A stretch of 63,618 bases of DNA, filler included, from Collodictyon triciliatum (Eukaryota), in the NCBI GenBank assembly GCA_043381765.1. It is 7 parts of 7 records of this genome, joined end to end, with 100 filler letters (N's around TTAATTAATTAA, not from the genome) between each part and the next. Parts side by side here need not be neighbours in the genome. Positions count along the whole stretch, not along the records: positions 39,424 to 47,424 come from JBHJMP010003632.1; positions 47,525 to 55,521 come from JBHJMP010003633.1; positions 55,622 to 63,618 come from JBHJMP010003634.1; 4 more parts are not named here. One strand, 5' to 3'. Made by a program: the position numbers and the translations under genes. The stretch's first letter is position 1. Each line of letters begins with the position of its first letter. Shown here piece after piece: positions 46,101 through 59,390 of the stretch. The notes below the pieces were generated by a model. The model searched no databases, was not told the DNA's origin, and worked only from the letters and a program-made list of their open reading frames with translations.

Positions 46101-47277
46101 TTTCTAAAGCAGCATCGGCGGTCATAGACTTGATTGCTTGTATCTCTTGGTACATATTTTCATATGGCTTTTTCCCTAATTTAAGTGGCATCTCTAAATA
46201 TGCAAAGAGAATGAACGACTCATATATAAAAAGCATCATCCTAAATTCAAATATATGATGCAAGTGCCTGTTAGATTTGAAGAACCAGCTCGACTTTTTC
46301 GGTTTCAAAAGGGTGAATTTTTGTAAGTATAAATGAATTTGTTTATTCAACACTTGATGATAGTAGTTGTTAGTCATATGATATTATATAGATTGTTACT
46401 ACAAGGCACGTCGTTCAGATGTCAGCTTCTTATTTTCCTCTTCTAGCTCCTACGAGATGAAAAAAAAAATCAAAATCAGAATCAGAATCAGTTCACCCAG
46501 GTAATAAAGATGTGGGATACTTTAAAGAAGTTGTATACACAAACGCAAGTATTTTTTACGATACAGCAAATATAAAGAAAAATGCATTCCCTTTCAATAT
46601 AAATATCAGTCCACAATTTATTAATAATAATTATATATTTCAATAGAGTAAAATATGGAATATTTATGATTGCCTTGACTCTACGGACAAGCTCCTCGAT
46701 CTTCTTTATGGATTCACTGAGTAATTCTTTTTTTCTCTGCGAGCCCTTTTAAAGTGAACATATCATTCGATAAGTTTGAATATTATGTCGTGTGGGATAT
46801 CACTCGCATCCTATACTGGAAATATGACCCACTTCTATGAATTGTCTCTCCTTTTCAGTCAATTGGACAGAAAGGCGGTCTCTCTCAGCTGACAGGCTCT
46901 AGATGCCATGATATTACATTCATATTTTTTTATTAAACTTATATCCAACCAAAAAAAATTTTGAATTTTATCAAAAATATTTACTTCGATATCTGCTTCT
47001 AGTCCTTTCATTCGTTCTCCAATATCCCGGATTTGTCCGATATCATACTTTGGTCCGAATGCGGTTTCATATACTACATCGCCATTTTATATATTACAAA
47101 TTTCATGGGAATATCAATGACAAGTTGTCTAGAAATTAAAAAAATAAATGATTGACTAATTGCTGTATGCAAACTTTTAAGCTTTTCTTGGGCCTCCAAA
47201 AGCTGGTCATTCAACAGAATATTCCGATTTGACTCCTGTATTGGATCAATATTTGGTTCGAATATGTGTGTAAGCAC
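41470..47277 (-). CDS. Large coiled-coil protein with a degenerate single class III cyclase domain (fungal/kinetoplastid type); 5' incomplete
   Basis: Spliced domain at 44778-45786: GDVTMVCVEV...WLDAPEAMAAATAIINNILREK|ALLYHGHEVFTVGYANFMAF...AIIWA...LRIGLHKGS|P...RIDYVGRDVKLVFGLASMCNPGQIVAT. Flanking exons are coiled-coil-like and were not all traced. Confidence 0.7.
43073..43444. repeat. (AAT)n followed by (AAG/AAC)n compound microsatellite
   Basis: Direct repeats inside an intron of the minus-strand gene. Confidence 0.96.
45456..45661. repeat. (AGAATG)n/(ATAATG)n intronic microsatellite
   Basis: Direct hexamer repeats. Confidence 0.95.
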
Positions 47278-47284
47278 TTTATTG

Positions 47285-47424
47285 TTTTGATTGGTTTCAT
47301 TGGTTTCATTGGTTTCATTGGTTTCATTGGTTTTTGATTGGTTTTTGATTGGTTTTTGATTGGTTTTTGATTGGTTTTTGATTGGTTTTTGATTGGTTTT
47401 TGATTGGTTTTTGATTGGTTTTTG
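47285..47424. repeat. (ATTGGTTTC)n/(GATTGGTTTTT)n repeat
   Basis: Direct 9- and 11-mer repeats at scaffold end. Confidence 0.93.
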
Positions 47425-47524
47425 NNNNNNNNNNNNNNNNNNNNNNNNNNNNNNNNNNNNNNNNNNNNTTAATTAATTAANNNNNNNNNNNNNNNNNNNN
47501 NNNNNNNNNNNNNNNNNNNNNNNN
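47425..47524. other. Artificial scaffold linker
   Basis: TTAATTAATTAA at 47469-47480. Confidence 0.98.
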
Positions 47525-47764
47525 AAACAAAAAACAAAAAACAAAAAACAAAAAACAAAAAACAAAAAACAAAAAACAAAAAACAAAAAACAAAAAAACA
47601 AAAAAACAAAAAACACAAACCAAAAAAACAAACCAAAAAAACAAAAAACCAATAAAAAACGAAGCAAAAAACATATAAAAAAACAATAAAATTGTGTTAT
47701 AGATAAACCATTTTTGACGAAGAACATAGAGGTTAGGACACAAAGAGCGGAACCAAACCTGAAG

Positions 47765-50700
47765 ATGGAGGAGCCATTCTTTGACCCAAGTAACTTTGAC
47801 ACACACGGAGACAAAAGCCGTTCAAAAAATAACAAACAAGACAGGGAAGGGTTCCAGCTCAGCCGGGGAGTCAATCATCACGACAGCTCTAGCCTTTCAG
47901 CAGCTACATCAAACAGAAAGAAACTAAAAACTCGACATGGAAGTCGATCACAGGTACCATTTGCAAAGGCTGTTGCCCAGGATGGTGTATATCGGATGAG
48001 TGTCAAAAAGGCCATCGACCGTACTGGAGGAGAGCGATACCTTGAAAACTCAGATTCAAATGCGCCCAATTACTCCTCTAGCGTAAGGGTTGCAAGGCTG
48101 GATTCCCATTCAGATGGAGATTCTGTCAAAGATTACGGTCACTCACCAAGCTTCTCAAATGATTCTGGTAATGCGCTGCTCGAGTATTCCCTGGTGCGAG
48201 ATCGGTTGTTGGGATTATGGGATGACGGTCCTAGTCACATAAAAAACGCTTTACGCATGCATCCATACAGCCTTTCGTATGATTTCATCGTCTTAATTTT
48301 TTTCCATTTTTCATCTAATGCACCCAATTATTTTTTTTAGATTGTATTCGGTTTATATATATAAAGGAAAATGTTACAATTAGATATATTAACTAGGTTT
48401 CATGATCAATCTCATGAAGACCGATATCAAGAAATGGTGGTATCAAAGAACACCAAATTTCTGTGTATGATATCAAGGTTGGGGCTTATTTATGCAGTTG
48501 GAGAAACAGCTTTCATCCTAAAGTAAGACAAATAAAAAAAATTCAGTGTATCACCTTAGGAAAAAAAAGAAAATTGTTCCGACCTCGTCATCTACCACAA
48601 ATTGAAAGGAAGAGATAAAAATGGGATATTGGTTACTTAGTTATTTTTGGTTATTTTTGTATAGTAATGATTAATAAACATTAGGGAACAGAGTATGGTG
48701 ACTTACTTGATGATATGTTTCGTTTCGTTTCTTTTCTTATACAATCTCCTTTTACTTCAAAAAGGGATAATCAAAAGGTGTTGTCTTCCGCATTTTATTT
48801 TGTGATTATGTCGTTTTCTTCATATTTCCAAGTTTAAAAAACTTTTCATTGCAATGTATTGTTAGATTATCTTTCAATTAAATAAAATGCAATTCTAACC
48901 ATTCATATATAATTTAGATATTACAAGGAGATAGTTCTATCTTTCTATTTCTTTACTTCCATGATAATAAGTGCATCGATAGTACTAAAGAGACAGCTTT
49001 ATCCCTCTATCATTCTGATTGCTGTAGAATCAGTTATTGCTCTTATAAATAACTTAAGATTTTTTTTTGAATATGCCCATATCCATATTAAAAAGCTCAA
49101 CAGGATTTTTTTAATTCAATTACCAAAAATTATTTGCAGGTATACATTACAAAATTGAGGACACATCTACCACTTACTTTGGTTATTACAGCACTTTATC
49201 TCATATCATCATCAGCCATGAAGCTCCACTACATGACATTTGTCGAAATATTGGACTCGACGATATCTCAATGGATATTCTCTATAAACCAGCTTATTGC
49301 GGGGTTTTTTCTTGAAGAATTCAACAGAAGGTTTTAAACTCCATGAGTTACATCTTTTGAAGACATAATACTGGTTACAATAAGCTCGTCTATTGTCTCC
49401 ATGATACTTCTTTTGAATAAACAGATTGATGATTATATTGAGTGATTACAGTTTATTTTTATTAATTTTGATACTACTAGAAAAGGTAGTGGTATATTGG
49501 TTATTTTGGTTATTTTAATGTGTTTTCCTCTATTTTCTAGGTCTTACAGAATAGGAGAAATAATATCAGACAAAAGAAAACAGCTTTTAAGAGAAAAGTC
49601 TGTAATCCATGAGGCCATCAGCTTCTTATACCCTCCGTAAGGAGAAAAGGAAACACGGCTCCTTTTTCTTCTTTTTCCTTTTTTCCATTCTTTTTTCTAT
49701 TCTTCTTCTTCTTCTTCTTCTTCTTCTTCTTCTTCTTCTTCTTCTTCTTCTTCTTCTTCTTCTTCTTCTTCTTCTTCTTCTTCTTCTTCTTCTTCTTCTT
49801 TTTCTTCACTAATAATAAAAATTCTTCAATAATGAATAATTATCCTTTTGATACAGAACAATTGCAAAGGAAGTTATTGATATCCAGACTAGTCACAAGA
49901 AATCAATCATTATCGAGCAAGCAATATTTTGTTGCCTCTCGATAAGCATGCCTCCATATTTAGACAGGAATGGGAAAAATGAGCTCGCGGATATTGCAAA
50001 ACAATTTTACAGGTAATCGCTACAATTTATATTAAAATTGAGTAGGTGACTGGATATGAGGTTTATACATGTGATTCATATGCAAGAAAGTAACATATAT
50101 TTGTTCACAGGACCTGCGACGGTGTCTTTCATAGGTACTCTATAAATTTCAGAATCCAAATATCCGTTAGTTCATTCTTACATAAAGCCTGTATACTTTG
50201 ATTTCAAACGCGAATTATTTATATAATTCATTTAAACTACATAGAGGATCCTTTGAAAAGCTATCTTCATCAGGTAAATATCTCACATCTCGGTAAATAT
50301 TTCGTGATTCTCAGTCCGAAACAATCTGACTTTTCTTAAAATCACACGAAAACATATCTTGACTACCAGCCGGGTTATATGTGGTGCGTTTCTTCCATTC
50401 TACTTTCTAGTATTTTAATTTTGAGCTAAATCCCTTCTCAACTCAGAACAAAATAAATATGCATCAATATACTCACAATAATTCATTATATTTTGATTGT
50501 GTAGGTTTGCACCCTTTCGACTTTTAGGTCATTAGACAGTGACTTCTGTGAACTTGTCTCCAGGTTACACGAAACATTCGCAAAGTTAGAGACCGTGTTC
50601 AATTCTGATGAATTCGCTAAGAACAAGGTGAATCAAAATATTATTTTTTATCATTAAAATTTTGCATTATTCTTCTTTTAAACTGTATTATTGCCTTATC

Positions 50701-53700
50701 AAAAGAATGAGCAATTTTTTTTTATAAAAAATATTTTAAACAGTTGGTCAAAATAATAAACCCATCTGCCTTTGTATCGATCGGTAAAGGCTATGGTGCG
50801 ATAATGCCTTCGAGGAGACCATCTTTTGAATTTTACGGGGAAGGTTTAGAAACAATACTGCCACACAGACAAACCCACGAGCGACTGTGTTATTTTCGGA
50901 AAAATTTTTTATTATCACGACTTGCTTTTCAAATAACATCACACTAGGAGTCAGAAGATGCCAAGAATTGAGCGAGATGAAAAGACCATACGAAATTTAC
51001 ATATCTGCAATCGACAGAGCAAAACTAAAGGCAAGCTAGTCATCTTTTATTATAATTTATCTATCTTTAATCATGTGATGATATTTTTATTACCAAAAAC
51101 CTATACACTAATTTACATAATATTTCAAATAGAATGTGGATATTCATTTTAACGAAACAGAAATCAAAGGGGTTTATGTAATCAGAAGAGAAGAATTAAG
51201 TTCACTAGAAAACATTGGAAAATCGAAGTTTAAAGACCGTGATAGAGATGTGGTCTTGAACAATGATGAGGTCTGGCTCAAGGGCAGTCTAATGCGTTAT
51301 AATTATATATTTTTCACAATTTTATTTATTGAAAACCTTATACTGCAGGTATCGGATATTGGACACAAGGACAGGATAGTTTATCTCAGAGAAAATCGAT
51401 TCGAACTAAAGACAGCGAAAGAGCAATACTGGGAAGAAAGTAAACACGCTATAATGTAGGTTTATGGAATCGAAGTTTTTAAATCTTATAAAAGAAAGAA
51501 CCAATGAAATATCAATTCACTTCCCTTTCTAATCTCAAGATTTAACTGCAGCACGTGTTTGTGTTATGTCATTGTGACATTGACATTATTTGGAGCCATT
51601 GAATTAGTAACAGATACTGGGGAGCCTGATATTAGATCCATTGGAATAACGGGAATAACATGTGTTCGTTTCGGCATTATTTTTCCTGTCTCTGTGTTGA
51701 CAACCATAACGGTATGGATTTCTGGGAAAACGAAATCAGCTGAAGATTGTCTCCCTCGATACAGGAATCGATTGATTGTATTCGTGCTGGGGCTTTATGG
51801 ACTATTTGTCTGCATCAAGCTCTTGTACTTGATTTTTGGTGAATATTTTCACTTTATTCCAGTCTATAAAGCTAAACATTACATTTCTGAATCATTTGTC
51901 TGGTTTGCAACGATTGGCTCCTGTCCTCTGGTTCCTTTCAATTTGTACAAACTTACTATTCTTCCTTGGTACTTACTGAATCTGGCCGCATATATCCGGA
52001 TATCCTACCGTGGATTGTAAGTTTTAGATTTTAGCTTCTCTAAATTGTATCCATTTTAAGAAAATGACGCGCTGTCTCTATGAAAATATTATTTATAACT
52101 TTTACTGGTTTCCTCACTTCTTTTCCCCTTCTTTTTAAAATAAAAAGCATCCAATTTTCATCGTTACTGGAGATTCTTTTTATCGTTCCTACTTTGATGA
52201 TTGCATCATATCTACAATCAAAATCAAATTTTGAACAACAAGTTTGGGAACTGTACTACAGAGTAAAAATGACCAAGGTTTTCATTTCATTGTGTACATT
52301 CTCATATTTTCTCATGTTCCTTTGTGAAATTTCGATTTTATAGCTATTTGTAAGCAATTTAATCCGATTTTTTTATTTTCAACCAGACAATCGAGGAAGT
52401 GCAAGCAGAAAAAGATTTCATGGAAGCGGTCATATCTGCGTTTGTGCCATCAAAAATAAGCCAGAATCTCCAGTTATCCGAGCAAAGATTATTCAGTTGT
52501 GATAACCTTTGTGTCGTAGTTGTGGATATAACTGGGTTTGATGATGATACCTCATTCTGCCAGGACAGAGAGGAGCTATCGAGAATTATATCAAGTGCAT
52601 TTTTTTTTTTGCTTAATGTATCAATGAATCCTTTTATTCACCACATGAATATGAATTCGAATACTTTCATCTATAGTAATTCCTGGCAAAAATAAAAATT
52701 GAAGTAGAAATATGGAATAATTTTCTCTATGTATGTTTAACCGTCCGCTAATGATACATACATCCAGGTATAATAGAGGGCATCAAGGATATTACAAAGT
52801 CATTCTCTTTTGAATTCCAAAAGTCAATAGCAACACGTTTCGTGGTAAAAAAATAGATTTTTTTCGTCCACAACTTTTATACATAATTTATTTGTGTGAT
52901 GTAATCTGTGAGGTATGCTCTTACATTTATATATTAGTTTACGGGCGACCCCAATATTGACCCTCAAATACAACTATCCAAAGCCGCGAAGATGAGTTTG
53001 GAAGTATTTTTTTCTTCTTATTAATCGAGCTCATTATTCGTACCATGTCATCCTTTTACCATGTCTCAGTTTAATTTAATTGGAAATATGTTGGTGCGAT
53101 AGCCATAGGAAACGATGTAAAAGAATTTTTCATATGGTTAATTAATGTAAAACATTTATGCGCTCATTAAATAACATTATCAGGTTCAGAGTTACCTTGA
53201 CGTGGTATCTCGTTCGGATACTTCTCACATATTTAAGCATATCACAGCGAGTTTAGGATTAGATTGCGGCCAAGTGTTGGGAAGTTTCATGGGTGATTTA
53301 AACAAACAACACCATATATTGAGATGAATATAGTATTCTTCATTTACTCACAGTTTACATGACCTTACTTTGAGTTTTGGTTGCTGATATTCCGTTTATA
53401 TTAAGGCAAAGGGTCAGCATCTTTTGACATTATTGGACCAGCAGGTTTTACATTTTTAATTTTATGTTGATTGTGTTGATTGCGACGATGTTACGTCTAA
53501 AGTATTTTCTATTGCGGAATATATATCGTCAGGCTCATCGCATTATTGGCCTAGTTGAATTTTTTTTTCTGAATGATTAAGGAGCCTCGATTCATATTTT
53601 TTTTTTTTAAAAAAAAAATAATCTTGAATGATATTCACTCATCTCTTTGCATATAAATGTTTCCCTTGTTGGAAAAAGTTTCGAATGCTCTCAGACTCGC

Positions 53701-54158
53701 TGGTCGTCGCAATTTGGATAAAATATCTGTAATGTTTACTATGATTTAAATATTTCATTTATATTGTATGGTTTGTTCGTTTCATTCTTGATTTTAAACG
53801 TGTAAGAATCATTTGCTTTTGTTTTTTTAAAAAAAAAAATATGTGAAACCCCAAATTAAAAAGAAAACAAGGCTATTAGTATTTAAGAACCTAGAAAATG
53901 GACACACAGAAAACCATTACTATTTTAATTCAATTGGTAAACGCATTTCTTATAGGCCTTAACTCATCAACGTTATTTTATGAGCAGATAACAGCGTGTG
54001 CGAAGAGGTATCTGGAGCAATCAACAGAATGGCGGATTGAGCTAGACCCTTCGTTCAGCCAAGAAAGTGACTTGGTTTGCTTCACGCTTTCTCGTGCAGA
54101 TATTTCCTGGGAACGAATGGCAAGAGACCTTGTCGGGATGGCGGACGACATTAATTAA
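47765..54158 (+). CDS. Membrane class III cyclase-like protein, 2x(TM + cyclase), catalytically degenerate; paralog of 25462-30880
   Basis: RFHDQSHEDRYQE precedes TM cluster 1. C1: FEKLSSSAGLYV...SIGKGYGAIM...FEFYGEGVRRCQELSEMKRPYEIYIS. TM cluster 2 is at 51550-52270. C2: LCVVVVDITGF...FQKSIATRFV...LGLDCGQVLGSFMG...FDIIGPA. Intron positions are shared with the paralog. Stop TAA at 54156-54158. Confidence 0.8.
49700..49807. repeat. (CTT)n intronic microsatellite
   Basis: Direct repeat. Confidence 0.96.
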
Positions 54159-54549
54159 ATAACGGCAAGGGGTAACCACCACAATCATCCACCTCCTAAA
54201 AATTAGTTCGGGTGGTAAACTTTCCCGAGTAAAATGGATGCAATAATAAATGGAATTACTGTAAAACTTACTGGCTCTCGGTATTGTCATATCATATAAA
54301 TTGACCACACACACAAACCTTTGTTTTTTAGTCCACTATACTTTCATAAGTGGAAATGGCAAGTGAGGGACATCATGGCCAAATACCCATGAAAATGTAG
54401 TGATATACAACAATACTTGGTCGCAAAAGTTTTTTTTTTTTTGGTTCTATCTCTTTTATTTTTTAAAAACGCTCCCTAGACGACATAAAGGTGTAAAGCC
54501 GATTGTCCATTTATTTATTCATTTATTTGAGACATAAGAGAAATCAGTC

Positions 54550-55300
54550 TCAGTATCGCGGGACAGTAGCGTCATATTTTGAGTATTGGTCTATCCCACC
54601 TGTGATGTTTCGCACATCTTTGAAATTCTGGCATTTTATGTATTTTGGAAAAGGTTGTTTTAAAAAAATCCGTTAGAAAAATAAAAAAAAAAGCATGCTT
54701 GGTGATCAATCAGACGGTATGAAGATAAATGAAATATGCGGTATTACAGTATATAAGTACCTGTTGGCGAAGATAGTGACACATACGATTCGAACGAACC
54801 CCGTGGTGACACTATAAGGATGATTATTCTCACCATTTGTTTATAATATTGCTACATAAACGCAAAAGCCATGACAAGTGACTAATTTTATTTTGTTTTA
54901 AAAAACCATATAATCATATCCATACATTCGAGTGGTGTAACACAAAGAGAAAAAAAACACTCCCGCAGAAACCCAAACATAAAAGAACATCAAAAACGTT
55001 TGAAAAAGAAAAGAGAGGAAGGAAAAAAAAAACCAAGAGAAAGAAAAGAGGAAACGCATTTGTGTCAGTAAGTTAAAATCCACATGTTGGATATATGTGA
55101 AACTATGGGATGGAACAGTTTGTTTCGTTATTACCATCACCAATGTCGTCGAGTCGGGATTCAGCTTTGTATCGATTTGGGGCGCCCAAACTGATGATTC
55201 ACTCAAAGGAAGGTTTTGAAATCCAGGTACAGAGGCTGTCTCGACTTCTTGACGCTCTCTCACATCAACAAGCTGGATGACTTCATCGCCAGCTTTGCCT
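54550..55300 (-). CDS. Rhodanese-domain sulfurtransferase (5' incomplete)
   Basis: Three exons: IQLVDVRERQEVETASVPGFQNLPLS...TTLVM|CHHGVRSNRMCHYLRQQ|NFKDVRNITGGIDQYSKYDATVPRY-TGA. The active-site loop is CHHGxRS. Confidence 0.92.
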
Positions 55301-55521
55301 CTGTGTGTGACATCGCGCAGTTATTAGGGCGAAAGGGACAGAAGAAATAGAAAAAAAGACGAAGTAATATCAAAATGGACTATAAATTAGATCAAATTAA
55401 CAAGGAAAACATTTAAGTTATAAAAAGAAAAAGAAAAAGAAAAAGAAAAAGAAAAAGAAAAAGAAAAAGAAAAAGAAAAAGAAAAAGAAAAAGAAAAAGA
55501 AAAAGAAAAAGAAAAAGAAAA

Positions 55522-55621
55522 NNNNNNNNNNNNNNNNNNNNNNNNNNNNNNNNNNNNNNNNNNNNTTAATTAATTAANNNNNNNNNNNNNNNNNNNNNNN
55601 NNNNNNNNNNNNNNNNNNNNN
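55522..55621. other. Artificial scaffold linker
   Basis: TTAATTAATTAA at 55566-55577, flanked by (GAAAAA)n and (TTTTATTCAT)n repeats. Confidence 0.98.
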
Positions 55622-55848
55622 TTTATTCATTTTTATTCATTTTTATTCATTTTTATTCATTTTTATTCATTTTTATTCATTTTTATTCATTTTTATTCAT
55701 TTTTATTCATTTTTATTCATTTTTATTCATTCTATCCTATGCTTATAAATATATATGTCTACCCCAAAAAAAATTTCTTTCTATTTCGTCATTTCTCCTA
55801 TGAATCTTCCAATGCACTTTATAACACCCAGCGCGGCATGTGCTATAG

Positions 55849-56813
55849 TGCGATGGGTGGCTCGATGAAGTTTCAAGACGCTCTGAAGGTCAGATTGGAT
55901 TTGATTCAGCCGTCCCGTGAGATGATTGCAAGACTCTTGGCAGATAAGCCTCATCAGTGTGTAATTATGACCACGGATAAGAAATAACTATATTACCGAT
56001 CCGCATAACACACATCAGTGATTTTGTGTAACAGATTTGAGGTTGTGATGCGACACATGAGAATCAAATACGCTCTCATCAAACTATGCCACGGTTACAT
56101 AGCTTCACACCAGGAATCGAGAGGCTAGTCAAGCACCTCCACGACCGAAAAGTTCATGTTTATCTTGTATCCGGCGGCTTTCGTCAGGTAAATAATCATT
56201 ATAATAATAATAACAACAACAACAATACATCTTCCTCCTTCTCTTTCTACATATTTTTTTTTGTTTATTCTTACTATTCCTCATCACATCACTTTTTTTT
56301 CTCTTTTTGTTTCCAGATGATTGACCCGATGGCCGAGGAACTTTGCATTCCAAAGAGTCGCGTCTACGCCAACACTATTCTCTTCAAGCCTGATGGGACT
56401 TTCCAAGGGTTCGACGCCAACGAACCAACCTCACAATCAGGAGGGAAAGGCGTGGTGATTGAAAAGTACGTGTGGCTGTTGCCCGACACTCGAGCAAAAG
56501 GAAAAGATAGGAAGGAGTCAAAGACATAGAAGAACACAAACTCCAAAAACATGTCTGCATATACCAAACCCAGCGAGAGTTATGCTGAACCCTCACAAAG
56601 CCACTGCATATGAATCACAGGCTCAAGAAAGAGTTTGGATACAAGACCGTTGTGATGGTTGGAGACGGGGCCACCGATCTGGAGGCAAAGCCACCGGCCG
56701 ACCTCTTCCTTGGCTACGGCGGCATCGTCGTGCGAGAGATTGTCAAGAAAAACGCAGACTTTTTCATCACCGACTTCAACGCCTTTGTGGACGCGGTGGA
56801 GAAAAGCAACTGA
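55849..56813 (+). CDS. PSPH: Phosphoserine phosphatase (HAD family), 5' incomplete
   Basis: Four exons: AMGGSMKFQDALKVRL, FTPGI...VYLVSGGFRQ, YANTILF...EPTSQSGGKG, VMVGDGATDLEAKPPADLFLGYGG. TGA at 56811-56813. Confidence 0.95.
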
Positions 56814-57410
56814 GCAAAGCTTCGCACAACGGTGCCAGAAACCCCACCACTTAAATTAAAATAAATTTTGATAAAATAACAGTGATGATGATGGTGATGA
56901 TGATGGTGATGATGATGATGTGTCAAGGCACAACAAACAGCACCAATATTGGTTGGCTTCATCCATCGCCAGGATTGCATCTATCTGCCAACTTTTTCAA
57001 TCTGCGTCCTTGGATTATATGCATGTACAAATGGGATAGAGTCAACCATGAGTCATATATAGATGTATAGACGAGATGCTTGCGCATTAGGGACAGAGCG
57101 AACGTATCGGTGGTGGGTTTATCTTGCTTTTGAGGTGGATAAACGGAGATGAAAGATACCCGCCTGTTCTTTTCTAATTACAACAAAACATATTCATCGC
57201 CGCCTCGCAGAGAGGGACGAATATAAGTGTGAATAAACGCCGGAAAAAATGACAAAGTAATCAAGTTGGCCATGAACTCGCATCTGTATATGCATTTCCG
57301 GTTGGTTTTTTCTTCTCATCTTGTGATTTCTTCCGGTTTTTTGTTTGTTTCTTTTTGTTTCTTTTTGTTTTTTCCTCTTCATTTGTTTTTCCGTTTGGAA
57401 TAGAGCGCGT

Positions 57411-57821
57411 CTACTGGATTGATTCATCCAAGACGTTGAAGCTCCCATTGAGCAGCTTCTGTTGGTTGATGGCAATCATGGTGGACTCGCCTCCAACACT
57501 CAGGCGGCTCGAGTTGTGGCTCGATATGCCGGACACAGTGGGCGGGCGGATGCGAGAACCCATGGCGGAAAGGTCGCTGGTGCCCACTTTTCGGCGCTTG
57601 TCGCGGGGCGTGTTGTTTGTGCCGACTACGAATCCGCCCGGTCCGTTTATCCCAGGCAACGGGCTGATGAACGAGGAGCTGCCCAGAGACAATCGCGAGG
57701 TGGATGTCATGCTCGAGTTCAGCAAGGTGCTTGAGTCGAGCGACGGGCCAAACTTCTTTTCGGCGGCGATGCTGATTTTTGGGCCGGGGATTTTGGAAAG
57801 TGGGACAACGGTCTCCATTGA
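57411..57821 (-). CDS. Ser/Gly-rich terminal exon, probably the 3' end of the SEH1 gene or of an unseen gene in the gap
   Basis: GC-rich open frame preceded by a pyrimidine-rich CAG acceptor. It contains a basic PRDKRRK motif and ends in TAG. Confidence 0.5.
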   Translation of the reverse strand, partial: SMETVVPLSKIPGPKISIAAEKKFGPSLDSSTLLNSSMTSTSRLSLGSSSFISPLPGINGPGGFVVGTNNTPRDKRRKVGTSDLSAMGSRIRPPTVSGISSHNSSRLSVGGESTMIAINQQKLLNGSFNVLDESIQ

Positions 57822-58566
57822 CTGTGGTGAAGGAGAAGAAATGCGGGTTGGTTGGTGTGGCTCAGTATCCATGATGATTCATTTCAAGGTCATTCGACAT
57901 TATTATTTCACATGGTATATATCCTTTGTTTGTATGTTTGTGTGTTTATGTGTTTGTGTGTATGTGTGTATGTGTGTATGTGTGTATGTGTGTATGTGTG
58001 TATGTGTGNNNNNNNNNNNNNNNNNNNNNNNNNNNNNNNNNNNNNNNNNNNNNNNNNNNNNNNNNNNNNNNNNNNNNNNNNNNNNNNNNNNNNNNNNNNN
58101 NNNNNNNNNNNNNNNNNNNNNNNNNNNNNNNNNNNNNNNNNNNNNNNNNNNNNNNNNNNNNNNNNNNNNNNNNNNNNNNNNNNNNNNNNNNNNNNNNNNN
58201 NNNNNNNNNNNNNNNNNNNNNNNNNNNNNNNNNNNNNNNNNNNNNNNNNNNNNNNNNNNNNNNNNNNNNNNNNNNNNNNNNNNNNNNNNNNNNNNNNNNN
58301 NNNNNNNNNNNNNNNNNNNNNNNNNNNNNNNNNNNNNNNNNNNNNNNNNNNNNNNNNNNNNNNNNNNNNNNNNNNNNNNNNNNNNNNNNNNNNNNNNNNN
58401 NNNNNNNNNNNNNNNNNNNNNNNNNNNNNNNNNNNNNNNNNNNNNNNNNNNNNNNNNNNNNNNNNNNNNNNNNNNNNNNNNNNNNNNNNNNNNNNNNNNN
58501 NNNNNNNNNNNNNNNNNNNNNNNNNNNNNNNNNNNNNNNNNNNNNNNNNNNNNNNNNNNNNNNNNN

Positions 58567-59318
58567 CCAGTGTGATAAGTTCATGATATCGATTGCTTGA
58601 TAGATTCGAATTTTTCCATCCATGGCACAAGTAGCCTGATAGTAAGGGATAGCAGAGGACACTTTAATAAATAATGTTTAAAGGGTTTGATCATACTGTA
58701 TATATCTTTTAAAAAAAAATATGACACCAAAAAGTAACTATGCGGGGTAGAATAATAATAACAATAAGAAAGATAAAGACAAGTATTTATATTCAAAACA
58801 TGTATATAGAACTAAATACGATTTTTAATCCTAGATGTCTAGGAGAAAATTTGATGTCTTGGATAGAGACTCTGCTGTCGACCAAATCGGCCTTTTTCTT
58901 GAATTCTCTTTTGTCTGCTAAGTCTGATAATTTGTATACAACAAATTGCATAAAGAATTAGTTGGGTTGCAAGTCAACATACTTGTATGGAAAATAATCG
59001 TCGGATTGTATCAACAAAAAAAAAGTCAATTTATATCGTTGGAGAATAAACCGAATAAATTTGCAGAAATAAATAAATAGAAACCTATCTCCTCGTATAT
59101 GTGTACTTTGCTATCGAATGAACACGTAGCGATTACTTGTCCGAATTCTGGATGTGCCCAAGTAACTTTCCAGACCGAGCCAGAATGCGCCTACAAAAAT
59201 ATTGAAAGTGATAAATAAATTTGTATTAATGAAACATTGGTATTGGACTTCCAAAAAATAATGATTGTTTATACTTCCTTTCAATTTGTGAAAAATGATA
59301 ATAATAATAATGATGATG

Positions 59319-59390
<72 letters not shown>

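Noticed and set aside
15064..55577. Recurrent TTAATTAATTAA motif as a biological repeat or CRISPR-like element
   Set aside because: It always sits between fixed-length N runs and is a standard stop-codon scaffold spacer.
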